From assembly GCF_036971445.1 (NCBI RefSeq), contig NC_091476.1:140802001-140866000 (forward strand): a DNA stretch of 64,000 nt. The letters are read 5' to 3'. Position numbers and translations under genes: made by a program. Under the pieces are notes generated by a model. That model had not been told where the DNA came from, did not search any database, and saw nothing but the letters and a program-made list of their open reading frames with translations. This DNA is from Narcine bancroftii (lineage: Eukaryota). This document shows, piece by piece, positions 37,901 to 57,080 of this stretch (within the stretch, counting starts at the first letter, position 1; every line of letters starts with the position of its first letter).

Positions 37901-40900
37901 AATATATACTCACACATACATCATCATACACTAAATTATATTTAACAACTACTGATTTCACAGTGTAGCAATGAATTTCATAGAAGAGACTTTTCCCCAA
38001 AAATAATACAGGATATGAACTTACAGTATCTTTGGCACAGGAGAACACCAAATCTCCTTCCCTGTTGTACTTAATCTGTGTGATCGATCTTTCATGACCC
38101 TGTAACAGGATGGGTTTCTGATACAGGACAGAAATAAAATTGGATAAATTCAACAGCTGATACATTAATCTTACAGTATAACCCACAAAAACTTGCTTTG
38201 AGATAGCACAGCTCTCTAAGCTCCACTGCATTTCTATCACTAATTTCCTCTTTGAAACAATTTCCACAAAAGCTCCCAATAATTTAGTTGCTACTGATTC
38301 AGTCTCATGTTGCCACAAGTTTGACATTGATTTTGGAAATATGATGGGGGTAAGAGATATTCAACACCCTTAAAGTGCCTATCCCAGTCATCAACGTTTA
38401 TGTTGCAACTTTTATTCATCAGACTAGTCTCAAGAGGTGGAGGTCAATATTTCCAGTTAAAGTTGCAAAGCTCTGTGCACTGCCAGATGGATCTTTTAAG
38501 CCAAGCATTAAATATGACCACATCATGAGACTCCAGATGTTGGAACTTGAAGCACAAAAAAATGTTCCAGCAGTGGATATTTTGCTCCAGTAAACTTTTG
38601 CGACAGAAGCAGAGATGCCACGAATCTAGTTCTGGGGGAATGAATTGTTGGAGGAACTCTGCAGGTCAAACAGCATCTATGGGGTGAAAAGGTCAAACAA
38701 CTGTTCAGGTTGGCTCTCTACATAAAAACTAAAGGGAAAAGGATAACACAGTAAAACCCCTGTAATCTGGAATTCAAGCAGTTGACAAAAAAAATGCAGA
38801 AAATGTATAGGTAAAAAATACGGAAGTTTAAAATTGGCGCACCTTGCTGTTAGTTTGCCAATCATGCCACACACAATCTCAAGCAACCAGAAAATTCACT
38901 TATCTGGCATCTATCAATCCCTATACTGGGAGTTTTAATGCATTACATATATAAAGTAGGTGAAAAAAATGGGGGAGTGTCGAGAGGTTATCAGACATAA
39001 GGTGCAAGAGGCAAAGAGACAGAACCTGAGAAAGGAAGTGGGGGTGGGGAAAAGAGAGAAGTTACATGGAAGAAAAAAACATAGAGTAAGAAATTAGCCG
39101 GAAACAGAATAACCAGACATCAGTGAGGATATCCATCCAGAAGGAATACATCTTGGTAAATATAACCAGATTACCACTTATAGCACAGAACAGGCCAGTT
39201 CGGCCCTACTAGTCCATGCCGTAACAAATCCCCACCCTCCTAGTCCCACTGACCTGCACCCGGTCCATACCCCTCCAGTCCTCTCCTCTCCATGTAACTA
39301 TCCAGTCTATCCTTAAATGTAACCAATGATCCCGCCTCAACCACGTCTGTCGGAAGCTCATTCCACGTCCCTACCACCCTTTTGCGTAAATAAATTTCCC
39401 CTCTTGTTCCCCTTATAATTCTCCCCCTTCAATCTTAAACCATGCCCTCTAGTTTGAATCTCCCCCACTCTTAATTGAAAAAGCCTATCCACATTTACTC
39501 TGTCTGTCCCTTTTAAAATCTTAAACACCTTTATCAAGTCCCCCCTCAATCTTCTACGCTCCAGAGAAAAAAGCCCCAGTCTGCACAACCTTTCCCTGTA
39601 ACTCAAACCTTGAAATCCTGTCAACATTCTTGTGAACCTTCTCTGCACTCTCTCTATTTTGTTTATATCATTCCTATAATTTGGTGACCAAAACTGTACA
39701 CAGTACTCCAAATTTGGCCTCACCAATGCCTTGTACAATTTCATCATAACCTCCCTACTCTTGAATTCAATACTCCGATTTATGAAGGCCAACATTCCAA
39801 ATGCCTTCTTCACCACACCATCTACCTGAGTATCAGCCTTGAGGGTACTATTTACCACAACTCCTAAATCCCTTTGTTGCTCTGCACATCTCAATAGCCT
39901 ACCATTTAATGCATATGACCTATTTAGATTTGCCTTTCCAAAATGTAACACCTCACACTTATCTGTATTAAATTCCATCAGCTATTTCTCAGCCCACATC
40001 TCCAGCCTTCCTAAATCACCTTTTAATCTACGGTAATCTTCCTCACTGTCCACAACACCACCAATCTTTGTATCATCCGCAAACTTGCTTATCCAATTCT
40101 CCACCCCTACTTCCAGATTAACCAATTCTCCACCCCTACTTCCAGATCGTTAATATATATAACAAACAATAGTGGACCCAGGACCAATCCCTGAGGAACT
40201 CCATTAGTCACTGGCCTCCAATTGGACAAACAATTTTCTACCACTACTCTTTGACACCTCGCATCCAACCATTGCTGAATCCATTTCACTACCTCCTTAT
40301 TTATACCTAATGCCTCCATTTTTTTTCCTAACCTCCTGTGGGGAACTTTGTCAAAAGCTTTACTAAAGTCTAAATAGACAACATCCACAGCTTTCCCTTC
40401 ATCAACCTTTTTGTAACCCCCTCGAAAAACTCAATCAGGTTTGTCAAGCATGATCTACCCCTGACAAAACCATGCTGATTACTCTCTATCAATCCCTGTA
40501 CCTCCAAATATTTGTAAATACCATCCCTCAGAACACTTTCCATCAACTTACCCACCACAGACGTCAGACTCACAGGCCTATAATTCCCAGGTTTACAGTT
40601 GGACCCTTTCTTAAACAGCGGAACAACATGCGCCACCCTCCAATCCTTTGGCACTACCCCCGTGACCAATGACATCCTAAATATCTCTGTTAATGGCACC
40701 ACTATCTGTCCACAAGCCTCCCTGAGTGTCCTTGGGAATATTTTGTTCGGTCCTGGAGATTAATCCATCTTTATCTTTTTCAACATAGCCATCACTACCT
40801 CCTCGGTTATCCTTATATGCTTCATGACCTCCCCACTATTTTTCTTTACTTCAACTGGTTCAATATTTTTTTTCCCTAGTGAATACTGAGGCAAAGAAAT

Positions 40901-43787
40901 CATTCAAAATTTCCCCCATTTCCTCTGACTTCTCACTCAGCCTACCCTCGCTGTCTACAAGGGGTCCAATTTTATCCCTCACTAATCTTTTACTTTTAAT
41001 GTACCTATAGAAACCCTTTGGATTTATTTTTACTGTCTGCCAAAGCCTCTTCGTGCCTTTTTTTGGCCTTTCTAATTTCTTTCTTAAGATTCCTTCTACA
41101 CTCCTTGTAGTCCTCCTTCAAACTCTCAGCTCCCTGCTCCTTATACCTCTTGTACACCTCCCTTTTTCTCCTAACCAAATTTTCAATATTCTTCGAAAAC
41201 CAAGCCTCCCTATGACTTCCAGCCTTTCCTTTGATCCTCACTGGGACATATCTACTCTGTACCCTCAAAATTTCTTTTTTGAATATCCTCCATTTTTCAT
41301 TTACATCCTTACCTGAAAATATCCTGTCCCACTCAATACTCCCCAAATCCCTTCTTATTCCTTCGAAATTTGCTCTTCTCAACTTTAGGCCCCTCCTTGA
41401 TCTCCCTTAAAACTACCCGAAAACTAACAGAGTTATGATCACTAGACCCAATTTGTTCTCCAACATTAATGTCCGATACCTGACCTAGGTCGTTCCCTAA
41501 CAGGAGATCTAGTATTACACCGTCCTGAGTCGGTTCTTCTACTAATCGATTTAGAAAACAATCTTAAACACATTTAACGAACTCTAGCCCAGCCAGCCCT
41601 CTAACTGTATGGGTATCCCAATCAATGTGAGGGAACTTAAAAGTGTAAAATATGATTTACACACATATACGTTATCTCCCTACAAATTTGTTCCTCTAAT
41701 TTTCTTGGCCTGTAATACACTCCTATTAGGATCCTCATGCCTCTTTCACCCAAACAGCCTCACTGGACGATCCCTCCAGACCATCCTGGCATCTCACGGC
41801 AGTAATGTCCTCCTTAACAAGCAGAGCATCTCCTCCCCCTTTTTTTTTAACCCCCTGATCTATCACATCTAAAACAAATGTATCCTGGAATATTGAGGAA
41901 CACATCATATTCCTGCTGGATAGCTTTAAATCTAACTACATGAACTAATTTTAGTTCAAACCCACCTCCATTTGGTTCCACTGTTTCCAGCTCTTTATCC
42001 ACTCCTGTACTTATTTTCCTCTCTCCTACCCCCAGTGGTCTTTCAATCTACCCGACCCGACCCCACTTTCTCCTATACCTGTTCACCCCTGGACCCCTCC
42101 TCCCATTTCTACCCCCTTTAGGTATGTGAATGTGATAATGTGAACCCCCTTTAGTCTTGTAAATGGACTTGACCCAAAACATTTCCACCTGTGGATGCTG
42201 CCTGATCTGCTGAGTTCCTTCAGCAACTCTTTCTGGAGTTCTGGACATTAGTCCTGCCTCAACTCTCAATGGGGGTGTTTCTAGTGAGCCAGGAAAAGTG
42301 CGGTGATGCAAGGTAATGCGAGGTGAAGCGCGGTGACACCTCGAATTTGGCCGCACTGGAAACACATCTGGGTTGTGGCCGATGTGTGGCGATTCGAGGT
42401 GCTCCGGCGTCCTACTTTTGAGGTGGTCGATGCGGGGTGATGCGAGGGACGACCTCGCAGTGGAAACACCGTGGGTGACTCACCGGAAGTCTCGATTTTT
42501 CACCCGCGGTTTTCAATTGCTCATCGGACTTCCTGGTCACCTCGCATTCCTCGCATCACCCCGCATCACTGCGTATTCATCGCTTGGTAGAAACAGTTCA
42601 GGTAGTCCAAAAATGTGCAGTGATGCGAGCGACAAAAAAGCGCGGTGATTCGAGGTGTCCTTAGTATAAACACAGCTAATGACAGACAAGTCCTCCACTT
42701 GTCCAAGAACAATCGGGACTTTGATCAAACATTCACAAAGAAACAAAGTCCCACCAGTTCTCTGGCCATTAACTCTAGTCTGACAGTGCCTCACAGGTTG
42801 GCCAGGCAAGTAGAAGATGGTCAGGCCTCAACCCACATTAGGCCTCAGGTGGGATTGTGGAGTCTGCCCCTTCCTCTATTTCCTCCACCCCTTTCCTCCT
42901 TCCACCCCTCCACCTTATCCTGTCCCAGTTTTACCCCCTGGCCCCCTCTGCTGCCCCATCCTCACCCATCCCACCATGCCCCCTCACCCCACCATGCTGC
43001 CCTGTTCTCACCCCACCACATCCACCCCATCATGTCATCTTGCCCCCTTGCCCCTCACCCCACCATGCCACCCTGTCTCTGATCCTCACCCAACAATGCC
43101 ACCCCTTCCCACTCCACCATGCTGCCCCATCCACGCCCCCTTCTCATCCCCACCATGCTGCCCCAACCACGACCCCTTCTCATCCCCACCATATGGCCTT
43201 GTCCACACCCGTCACCCCATCCTCTCTCCCTCCTACCATGTCACCTTCCAGCCCAACAAGCCGCCTTGTCCATGCTGCCCCATCCCATCCCACCCTGACC
43301 CCCAACCCCCACCATGCCCACACCCCCCACCATGTCGCCCTCCAGCCCAAGATGCTGCCTTGTCCCCGCTGCCCCATCCCATCCTGACCCCAACCCCCCC
43401 ACCATGGCACCCTGACCCCCAACCCCCATCATGCCACCTTGCCCACACCCCCCACCACGTCGTCCTCCAGCCCAGCATGCTGCCTTGTCCCCGCTGCCCC
43501 ATTCCACCATGGTGCCCTGTCCCCACCCTCAAATGCCGTCCCAACCCGCCCACCCGCCCTCGCCCTCGCCATCGCCATCATACCGCCCCATCACATCCCC
43601 ACCCCCACTCCGCCGCCCTCAATTCCCTATACACCGTCTTCCCCCCACAACCCCCACCTCGCAATCCCCCACGCACCGCCTCTCCCCCACATGCCTCCTC
43701 CACCCGACCCCATGCCGCCCCGTGTTCGCCTTCCACCCCACCATGACGCCCAGTCGCCACCACCCCATGCCGTCCCCTCCCCACCAT
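13914..43787 (-). CDS. eif3i: Eukaryotic translation initiation factor 3 subunit I (WD40), complete spliced CDS, 11 exons, 325 aa
   Basis: complement(join(43785-43787,38025-38117,32699-32786,31968-32033,28874-29023,26686-26813,23756-23866,22057-22146,19937-20010,19222-19314,13914-13995)) = 978 nt. All introns are GT-AG with consistent phases. The translation [24 protein letters not shown]...[43 protein letters not shown] matches vertebrate eIF3i as I recall it. Confidence 0.97.
14104..18440 (-). mobile_element. L1-clade LINE of a second family, decayed near-complete ORF2, in eif3i intron 10
   Basis: Endonuclease start [11 protein letters not shown] (about 18190), [30 protein letters not shown] (FADD equivalent), [18 protein letters not shown] knuckle, poly-T at about 14104. 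Confidence 0.9.
15986..16400. mobile_element. Tc1/mariner (pogo/Tigger-type) MITE nested in the L1
   Basis: TIRs CAGTACAACTC(A/C)GATTATC at both ends, with TA on both flanks. Confidence 0.88.
19222..19314 (-). CDS. eif3i: eif3i exon 10 ([30 protein letters not shown])
   Basis: tag|A TTT...AAA AG|gtacgt, 93 nt. Confidence 0.96.
19937..20010 (-). CDS. eif3i: eif3i exon 9 ([25 protein letters not shown])
   Basis: tag|GTT...GCT CG|gtatgt, 74 nt. Confidence 0.96.
20801..20928. mobile_element. hAT-type palindromic MITE (128 bp)
   Basis: TIR CA(A/G)TGGTTTTCAAACTTTTTCTTTCCACTCA, perfect 8-bp TSD CTCTATAC (20793-20800 and 20929-20936). Confidence 0.92.
21620..21955 (-). mobile_element. CR1 3' fragment
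   Basis: [11 protein letters not shown] and [13 protein letters not shown], homologous to 3380-3700. Confidence 0.85.
22057..22146 (-). CDS. eif3i: eif3i exon 8 ([30 protein letters not shown])
   Basis: cag|TTA...CAT|gtaagt, 90 nt. Confidence 0.96.
22450..23480 (+). mobile_element. Penelope-like element fragment with pseudo-LTR tail
   Basis: [33 protein letters not shown] (GIY-YIG). Tail TTGATTAAGGGCTCAAGCCTGAAACATTGG...GACCTGCTGAGTTTCTCCAGCA. Confidence 0.85.
23756..23866 (-). CDS. eif3i: eif3i exon 7 ([37 protein letters not shown])
   Basis: cag|TCT...AAG|gtaagc, 111 nt. Confidence 0.96.
23932..24650 (+). mobile_element. Gypsy (Mag-like) LTR retrotransposon fragment: LTR, PBS and truncated gag
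   Basis: LTR TGTAGTGG...CTGCTACA (23932-24241) containing AATAAA. PBS TGGTGACCTCGACGT (24245-24259, tRNA-Trp-like). gag [12 protein letters not shown]...[14 protein letters not shown]. Confidence 0.85.
24940..25545 (-). mobile_element. Decayed CR1 fragments
   Basis: KTLVRPHWE and CR1 3' tail motifs. Confidence 0.6.
26686..26813 (-). CDS. eif3i: eif3i exon 6 ([42 protein letters not shown])
   Basis: tag|GT AAT...AAG|gtaagg, 128 nt. Confidence 0.96.
27714..28159 (+). mobile_element. RTE LINE 3' fragment
   Basis: [30 protein letters not shown] (27705-27713 and 28160-28168). Confidence 0.9.
28371..28606. mobile_element. Inverted pair of Penelope pseudo-LTR modules (fold-back)
   Basis: Left arm AAACTCAGCAGATCAAAC...GATAAAGATACATAACCAAT is the reverse complement of right arm TGTTGGTTATGTATCTTTATC...GACCTGCTGAGTTT. 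Confidence 0.8.
28874..29023 (-). CDS. eif3i: eif3i exon 5 ([49 protein letters not shown])
   Basis: tag|GG AAG...ATA A|gtaagg, 150 nt. Confidence 0.96.
   Translation of the reverse strand, partial: GSNLLCLKQALQSEQEDLTSVATSSCSPQTSRWATIVTSASLTSEILLK
29985..30590 (+). mobile_element. Rex1/Babar-like LINE 3' fragment
   Basis: [45 protein letters not shown], tail aataaatctgaaatctgaa. Confidence 0.8.
31143..31508. mobile_element. Composite hAT MITE: two units of the 20801 family around a spacer of about 110 bp
   Basis: Units at about 31143-31265 and 31376-31507, each with the TTTTTCTTTCCACTCACATACCAC...GTGAGTGGAAAG palindrome. Confidence 0.8.
31968..32033 (-). CDS. eif3i: eif3i exon 4 ([23 protein letters not shown])
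   Basis: tag|GG GAT...ACA G|gtgaga, 66 nt. Confidence 0.96.
32034..32698 (-). other. eif3i: U12-type (minor spliceosome) GT-AG intron 3 of eif3i
   Basis: Donor GTATCCTTT (32698-32690). Branch site TCCTTAAT (32052-32045) lies about 11 nt from the AG, with no polypyrimidine tract. Confidence 0.92.
32293..32520 (+). mobile_element. tRNA-derived V-SINE (HE1-like), inside the U12 intron
   Basis: A-box TGGCAGAGCGG, B-box GGTTTGAATTCC, core GAGTTTGTACATTCTCC...TGGGTTT...GGTTTCC. Confidence 0.75.
32699..32786 (-). CDS. eif3i: eif3i exon 3 ([29 protein letters not shown])
   Basis: cag|GTC...GAC T|gtatccttt (U12-type donor), 88 nt. Confidence 0.97.
34538..35360 (-). mobile_element. RTE LINE, young, 5'-truncated
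   Basis: Near-identical to 11223-12045, 11-bp TSD GATTGTGATGT (34527-34537 and 35361-35371). Confidence 0.93.
36080..36435 (-). mobile_element. Penelope pseudo-LTR fragment
   Basis: Reverse complement of the recurrent module (gtaaaacacaaaaatctgcagac...gagaaactcagcaag...) plus a purine-rich tract. Confidence 0.7.
36446..37894 (-). mobile_element. Internally deleted Gypsy (Mag-like) LTR element: LTR-PBS-gag-PR-PPT-LTR
   Basis: Direct repeats of about 285 bp (36446-36733 and 37612-37894). PBS TGGTGACCCCGAC (37609-37597). gag [17 protein letters not shown] from 37568, zinc finger [21 protein letters not shown], protease [14 protein letters not shown] (about 36868-36827). PPT TTCTGGGGGA next to the 3' LTR. 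Confidence 0.88.
38025..38117 (-). CDS. eif3i: eif3i exon 2 ([31 protein letters not shown])
   Basis: cag|AAA...ACT|gtaagt, 93 nt. Confidence 0.97.
38749..38940. mobile_element. Degraded Tigger-like MITE
   Basis: Imperfect TIRs CAGTAAAACCCC...GGGAGTTTTAATG. Confidence 0.4.
39160..41930 (-). mobile_element. CR1 LINE, about 2.8 kb (end of endonuclease, RT and 3' tail), frameshifted
   Basis: [54 protein letters not shown] and [18 protein letters not shown]. Confidence 0.94.
42271..42677. mobile_element. PIF/Harbinger-like CpG-rich MITE in eif3i intron 1
   Basis: Imperfect TIRs GGGGGTGTTTCTAGTGAG / CTTAGTATAAACACAGCT, 3-bp AAT on both flanks, internal inverted GTGATGCG/CGCATCAC motifs. Confidence 0.6.
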
Positions 43788-43790
43788 GCT
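42890..43790. repeat. Degenerate C-rich tandem repeat (core CCCCACCATGC) at the start of eif3i intron 1
   Basis: At least 12 (C)ACCATG copies in a low-complexity tract; G-rich on the eif3i sense strand. Confidence 0.85.
43785..43787 (-). CDS. eif3i: eif3i exon 1 coding part (ATG only)
   Basis: Minus strand GCAGC-ATG|GTGGGG, with A at -3, 62 nt downstream of a TCT motif. Exon 2 starts at Lys2, so exon 1 must supply only the ATG. Confidence 0.75.
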
Positions 43791-43902
43791 GCCGGTGCCA
43801 CTGAACTGTTTCTTCTCCCTCTCTCCACCACAACGCCGCCACCGGAAAGACCGAGTCCTCTGGCGGAAGTGGTGCCGGGTGAGAGGTCGAGGCGCCGATC
43901 CC
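43788..43902. promoter_or_regulatory. Bidirectional CpG-rich promoter and 5'UTRs shared by eif3i and tmem234
   Basis: Divergent ATGs at 43787 (-) and 43903 (+). TCT/TOP-like TCTTTCC on the minus strand (43850-43844). ETS/GABPA-type GGCGGAAGTG at 43862-43871. High CpG density. Confidence 0.85.
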
Positions 43903-52205
<8,303 letters not shown>

Positions 52206-52339
52206 TGGCATGGAGCTTGATCTGTCACAATCAGGAACTGATGGTCTTCAATCTTTTGGTGAATTTGATCATCTCAGGAAATGAGGAAGAGAGTGCAGAC
52301 TGGCAAACCAGCAAATGAACATCAAGAAGTAGATTCCAA

Positions 52340-53089
52340 AGAACTGACATGGGAGGAGTTATCCACAGGAACCATGAGGAATACAATAAATATTCGGTTT
52401 TGTATGATACGATACAACTGGCCACATAGACCTCAGAAGTTAAAAGAGTGGAATCCAACAATATCGGACAGCTGCTTCTGCTGTAAACAAGAGACTGGAA
52501 CAACATTACACGCAGTTTGGACATTAATATTAAATAGAATCACAAAAAATAACACACCAAAAGATCCAGAAATCTTTCTGTTAAATAACAAAAGACAAAA
52601 AAATTAGGCCTAAAATTAGACAGGGCTCAAAAAAGATTCATTTTGATTGTGCTGGCAGCAGTGAAATGTATAATGACGAGTTGGAAAATGGAGGCAAGCT
52701 TAAAAATACAGCAATGGTATATAGAAATTCAAAAATGTGTTCCATTAGAAAAAAAATTACCATCTAAAAGACAAATATACTTTATTTGAACAAATTTGGG
52801 AACCATACATCGAATATGTTAGAAACTGCCAATTTTGGATCTCCATCTCTCAAAGTGATATGATACAAGTACGATAAGACTTAAATATGGATGACACGAC
52901 ATTTTAATTTCTTTTATGTGTGCTTTTATTGTTTGTTTATGTTTTTGATTCTTATTTTAAGTTAAAGGAGTGGGGAGGGTGGGAGGAAGGAAAAGAAAAT
53001 GCCACTATGTATATTTTAATGATGAAAACTTGTATATATTGTTATTGATATGGTTCACGGTGCAATAAACAAAAAAATTACAAAAAAAC
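52340..53089 (+). mobile_element. L1 3' fragment just downstream of the tmem234 stop codon
   Basis: CFCCKQETGTTLHAVW knuckle, AATAAA at 53064-53069 plus A-tail, probable TSD GATTCCAA (52332-52339 and 53090-53097). Confidence 0.82.
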
Positions 53090-53139
53090 GATTCCAACAT
53101 GTAGCTGATTGTAAAGGTGCAGCTGTTGTGAAAGGATAA

Positions 53140-53980
53140 AGATGTCTGACAAAATCTGTGCTGATTGTATTCAGTAAAATTATAATGCTGGAGAAATTCA
53201 GCAGGTAAAACAATGTACTTCAGATAGGAAAGATAAAGACACAATCAATTTTTTGGGCTTGAGCCCTTCATCAAGGAATGAACAAAATGAAGCCAGGTGC
53301 CCAAACAAATTGGTGGAGGGGTGGAGGAGCATAGGCCCCAGGAAGGAGGTAATAGGTGGATAAGGGAGGGAGTGCACACCACAAACGGGGACAGGGGGTA
53401 GCTCTGTGAATAGAGAGGGAACGGGGTGGAGAGCTGGAGGAAAGGAGACCGATAGGGAAGAGAAGGAGAACGGGGAGTGGTCTAGCAAAAACTGGAGAAG
53501 TCGATGTTCATGTCATCCCATTGAAGAGTTCCCAGACGGAAAATTAGGTGTTGCTTCTCCAATTTACGGGTGGCCTTGGTTTGATAGTACATGAGGCCAT
53601 GGGCAGACATGTTGGTGTGGGAGTGGGGCGGGAATTGAAAAGTAGGCCACAAGAAGTAAAGTGACCTCCCAGTCTGCGTTTAGTTTCTCCAATGTAGAGA
53701 ACCCAAATGTCTTCTCCCAGCAAAGCTATCCCATCAGTCCCATACTCCTCTCCTGTGGACTTCCAACGGATTCTCTCTCACACAGACCCAACAAATCTCT
53801 TGATCATTTGTCTCTCACCTACACATTTTGTTCATACCTTGATGAAGGGCTCAAGCCTGAAATGATGGTTATGTATCTTTATCTTTGCTACATAAAGTAC
53901 ACTGCTTGACCTGCTGAATTTCTCCAGTATTGGGTTCTTTACTTCAGCCACAGTGTCTACAGATTTTCGTGTTTTACTTC
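53140..53980. mobile_element. Penelope fragment (minus strand) bounded by inverted pseudo-LTR modules
   Basis: Module on the minus strand at about 53140-53290 and on the plus strand at about 53830-53980. The internal part matches the 3' GIY-YIG region. Confidence 0.78.
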
Positions 53981-54028
53981 TAATTGAATTCAGTATAACT
54001 AGAATAATCAGTCTGTAATAAGGTGCTC

Positions 54029-54047
54029 GTGCCACTAGGTGGTATTA
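54029..54047 (+). promoter_or_regulatory. Candidate CTCF site
   Basis: GTGCCACTAGGTGGTATTA matches the core CCACYAGRKGG; motif evidence only. Confidence 0.4.
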
Positions 54048-57000
54048 ATGCCTTTGTAAAGCACAGCAAAAATGTTTGGACTCCATAAATCAATTAACAC
54101 TATATAATTTTTGAGAGATTTCTAAAATGTCCCCAAATTGCATTTTGATTGAGATCACTGTGGCTGTTATTGCAGAAAATCATGCACAAAATTCTCTACT
54201 GAGCATTCTGATATATGGGACACAATTATGAAACACGGAAGACTGTAGCTATTATAATTGTGATTAAAACACACAGAAATGCTCGAGGAATTTAGCCCTT
54301 CTTTGGATCAGGCCGAGACCGCCTGAGTTCCTCCAGCATTTCTGGGTGTTTTTATTTTGTGAACTAATTTCCTGCTCTATTAATGTAAAGAACTTGTGGG
54401 TCTGTCTAGGTGTAAATAATGGAACCCTCATGACAATGGGGAATGAGCATTATACTCTCGTCATGTTGAATAATATTTATCATCGTACCACGTACAATGT
54501 TTGACAAGGAAGGGTGTTACTTTGGAATTTTTTAATTAAAGGCCATTTTTATTTATTTCAATATATTTTGTGACTTGATTTTCCTAATCTATGCAAATGC
54601 AGAGTTTACATGTGAACAGTTTCTTTTTGCAAATAGAACGATGACTGAAAATTGATAAGCAGTAGATTGAGTTGGATATTGGGTTGTTATTTTTCAAGAT
54701 CAAGCTGATTAGGAAGGGAATCAAGGGTAACAAAGAAGGCAGGAGAATGGGATAGAAAATCAGCCATGATGCAATGGCAGGGAGGACTTGATGGGCTGAA
54801 TGGCTCAATTCCTTCTTCTGGTATGAGCAGACAGTGCGGATTACAGGAACACATGGCAAGACTATAAGAAATAGATTCATTTGCAAAGTTGTTGCAGACC
54901 TTTACCAATTAAATTGTGACATACACATATAAATAAGGAAGTGGTTCAATTCATTATTAATTGTTCTGGTGTAGTATCTAAATCTCTTGGTCATTTAGTG
55001 ATTGCTCCTTTTATTGAAGATTGGAAGTTTAGCCACAGTCTAATCTGGCAAATTTGGCTGGTATTGGAAAACTAAAGGAAAGAAATGCATTGCAACAAGA
55101 GGATTAGAAGGCAGTGGTAATATGGTCTGTTCACAGCACTTGGATCTAAGTAGATGGGGAACAGGAAAGGCTACTGAATGAATTTATTTCCAATCTCATC
55201 TGATAATGTGTTTTCTTAACCATCAGGTCCATGATATTGGAGTAGGTGATTTGAAATGTTTGCCAAAAATACTCAGGTAAAAGTCAAATTTTGTAGACCA
55301 TTTTTTAAATAGGGACTGAAATTCACACTATAATCCAAATGATCTCTAAATGAATAAAGAGTAAAAACAATGAATTAAAGTAATAATAGAGTCTGAGCAT
55401 CAAAACACACATCTACCACAGGGGAGAACAGGCCCACGGTAAGTATCGGTATCTGCATAGTTAGACGTGTCGGGCATTCTGATGGGCAAATGGCTGAGGC
55501 GAGGGTCCACATTGATCCCTCAGGCATTCCAATGGGCGAGTTGCTGGGGACAAGGCGTGAGTTCATGACTGAGACTTTGGGATCTTTGGCCTGAGGGTGG
55601 CCAGACTGAGGTGAGAGGCTAGGACTGACTTTTACACAAGATGTAGGGAAAAATCATTGGGCCAAAAATGGGGGATTGACATTTTCATTGGATTGACTTT
55701 TACAAAAGTATATGCGGTTCTTCTAAGAAACTAGCTACTCTTTCGACTTTGGACTTGATGTGGATGGACAGGGGTGTGATCTATGCTCCCTTTTCTGAAG
55801 TCTATGATCATCTTTGTCTTATTGACATCGAGAGGCATTGTCATCTTGGCACCATGCCACTCTCCTTTCAATCTCCTTCCTGCTTTTGGAACAAGTCCCA
55901 CGACTCCATCTGGGCCAGTTGCATTCTGCATGTCTACTCAGTAACCAAGAAGGGCGAGCAAATGAATGGAAAATGGGCCAACTAGTATAGAACTAACTCT
56001 TAGGTTTAAATCTATTGTTATAGATTTTGTGGATCAATGAAACACAATATCAATAAGTCTGGTCTCAGTAAATAATAATGATTAAAGGTCAAAGTACTTG
56101 CTGTCTGTGACATCACAGACATCCAGTTAAGAATCTCTGTTACTAAGGTGATCACTGGGAATCAATTGGACTGGTCAATTTAGAATCTTTAATGCTCGTC
56201 AGAACATTTCTCATTGGTGCCCTGACTGTTTTCAAGTCTCTTAGGGTTTATCCAGCTCTGAGAACTTGTCATTTTTTTCACTTAATAATCCAGCATTTAC
56301 ATTGTGCACCAGGTAAGTTTATAAAGAAAGGTTAAATAGTAATATCAGAAAAACTTCTTTCTCCAGACTGTTTGGAGTGGAAACTTGCTGCCACAAGTAG
56401 GGTTGAGGAAATGAGGATTAATGCATGCAGGATGAAGCTGGATAAACCTGAGGGCAAAGAAATTGAGGAATATGGTGTGAGTGACAGAATGGAAGTGAGG
56501 AAGTCAGTGAGAAGTAAAACACAGAGGCAGGCGTGTGGAGCTGCATGTATTGTTTTGTACCAAATTCTTCATGTGGTGTCACACCCACTGTGGGAATGTA
56601 CTGGCTGAAATGTGACCCAATTCCACACGGGACATCAAACAGCTCACCTCAGGCAGGCTCAATCGCATCCTCAGACACTTTATTGAGCAATATTTGACCC
56701 CAATCCACATATAAAATTTAACCTAGCCAAATGTGAAATTATTAATTTTGGTTGGAAGTAATAAACAACAACTCTAATAAAGGGGTGCTGGAATGGGAGG
56801 AGTGGAGCAGACTGACCCAAATTATAGAATGAGGAGAAGCAGTGAAATCTGCAACATGGATAAATGGTGTCCTTGGCTTAATTAGGATATATAAAAAGTA
56901 CAAATTATGCTAATTTTATATAAAACATTGTTCAGGCCTTTAATGGAACATTATGGTAATTTTCTGTTTGATTTTATATGGTATCAAGGTCTTAGCTGAA

Positions 57001-57080
57001 TTAGAAGCAGAAGTAGGCCATCTAACCCTACAGACTTTCACAGTTGTTCAGTTTACTCTTGTCTTGAATGCATCATCCAT

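Noticed and set aside
40093-40147. 26-bp tandem duplication inside CR1; a similar 27-bp duplication lies at 46602-46655
   Set aside because: Ordinary slippage or repair duplications with no sign of function.
13996-43784. Intronic snoRNAs in eif3i
   Set aside because: No properly spaced C/D box pair with a terminal stem, and no convincing H/ACA fold, seen by eye. A covariance-model search was not possible.
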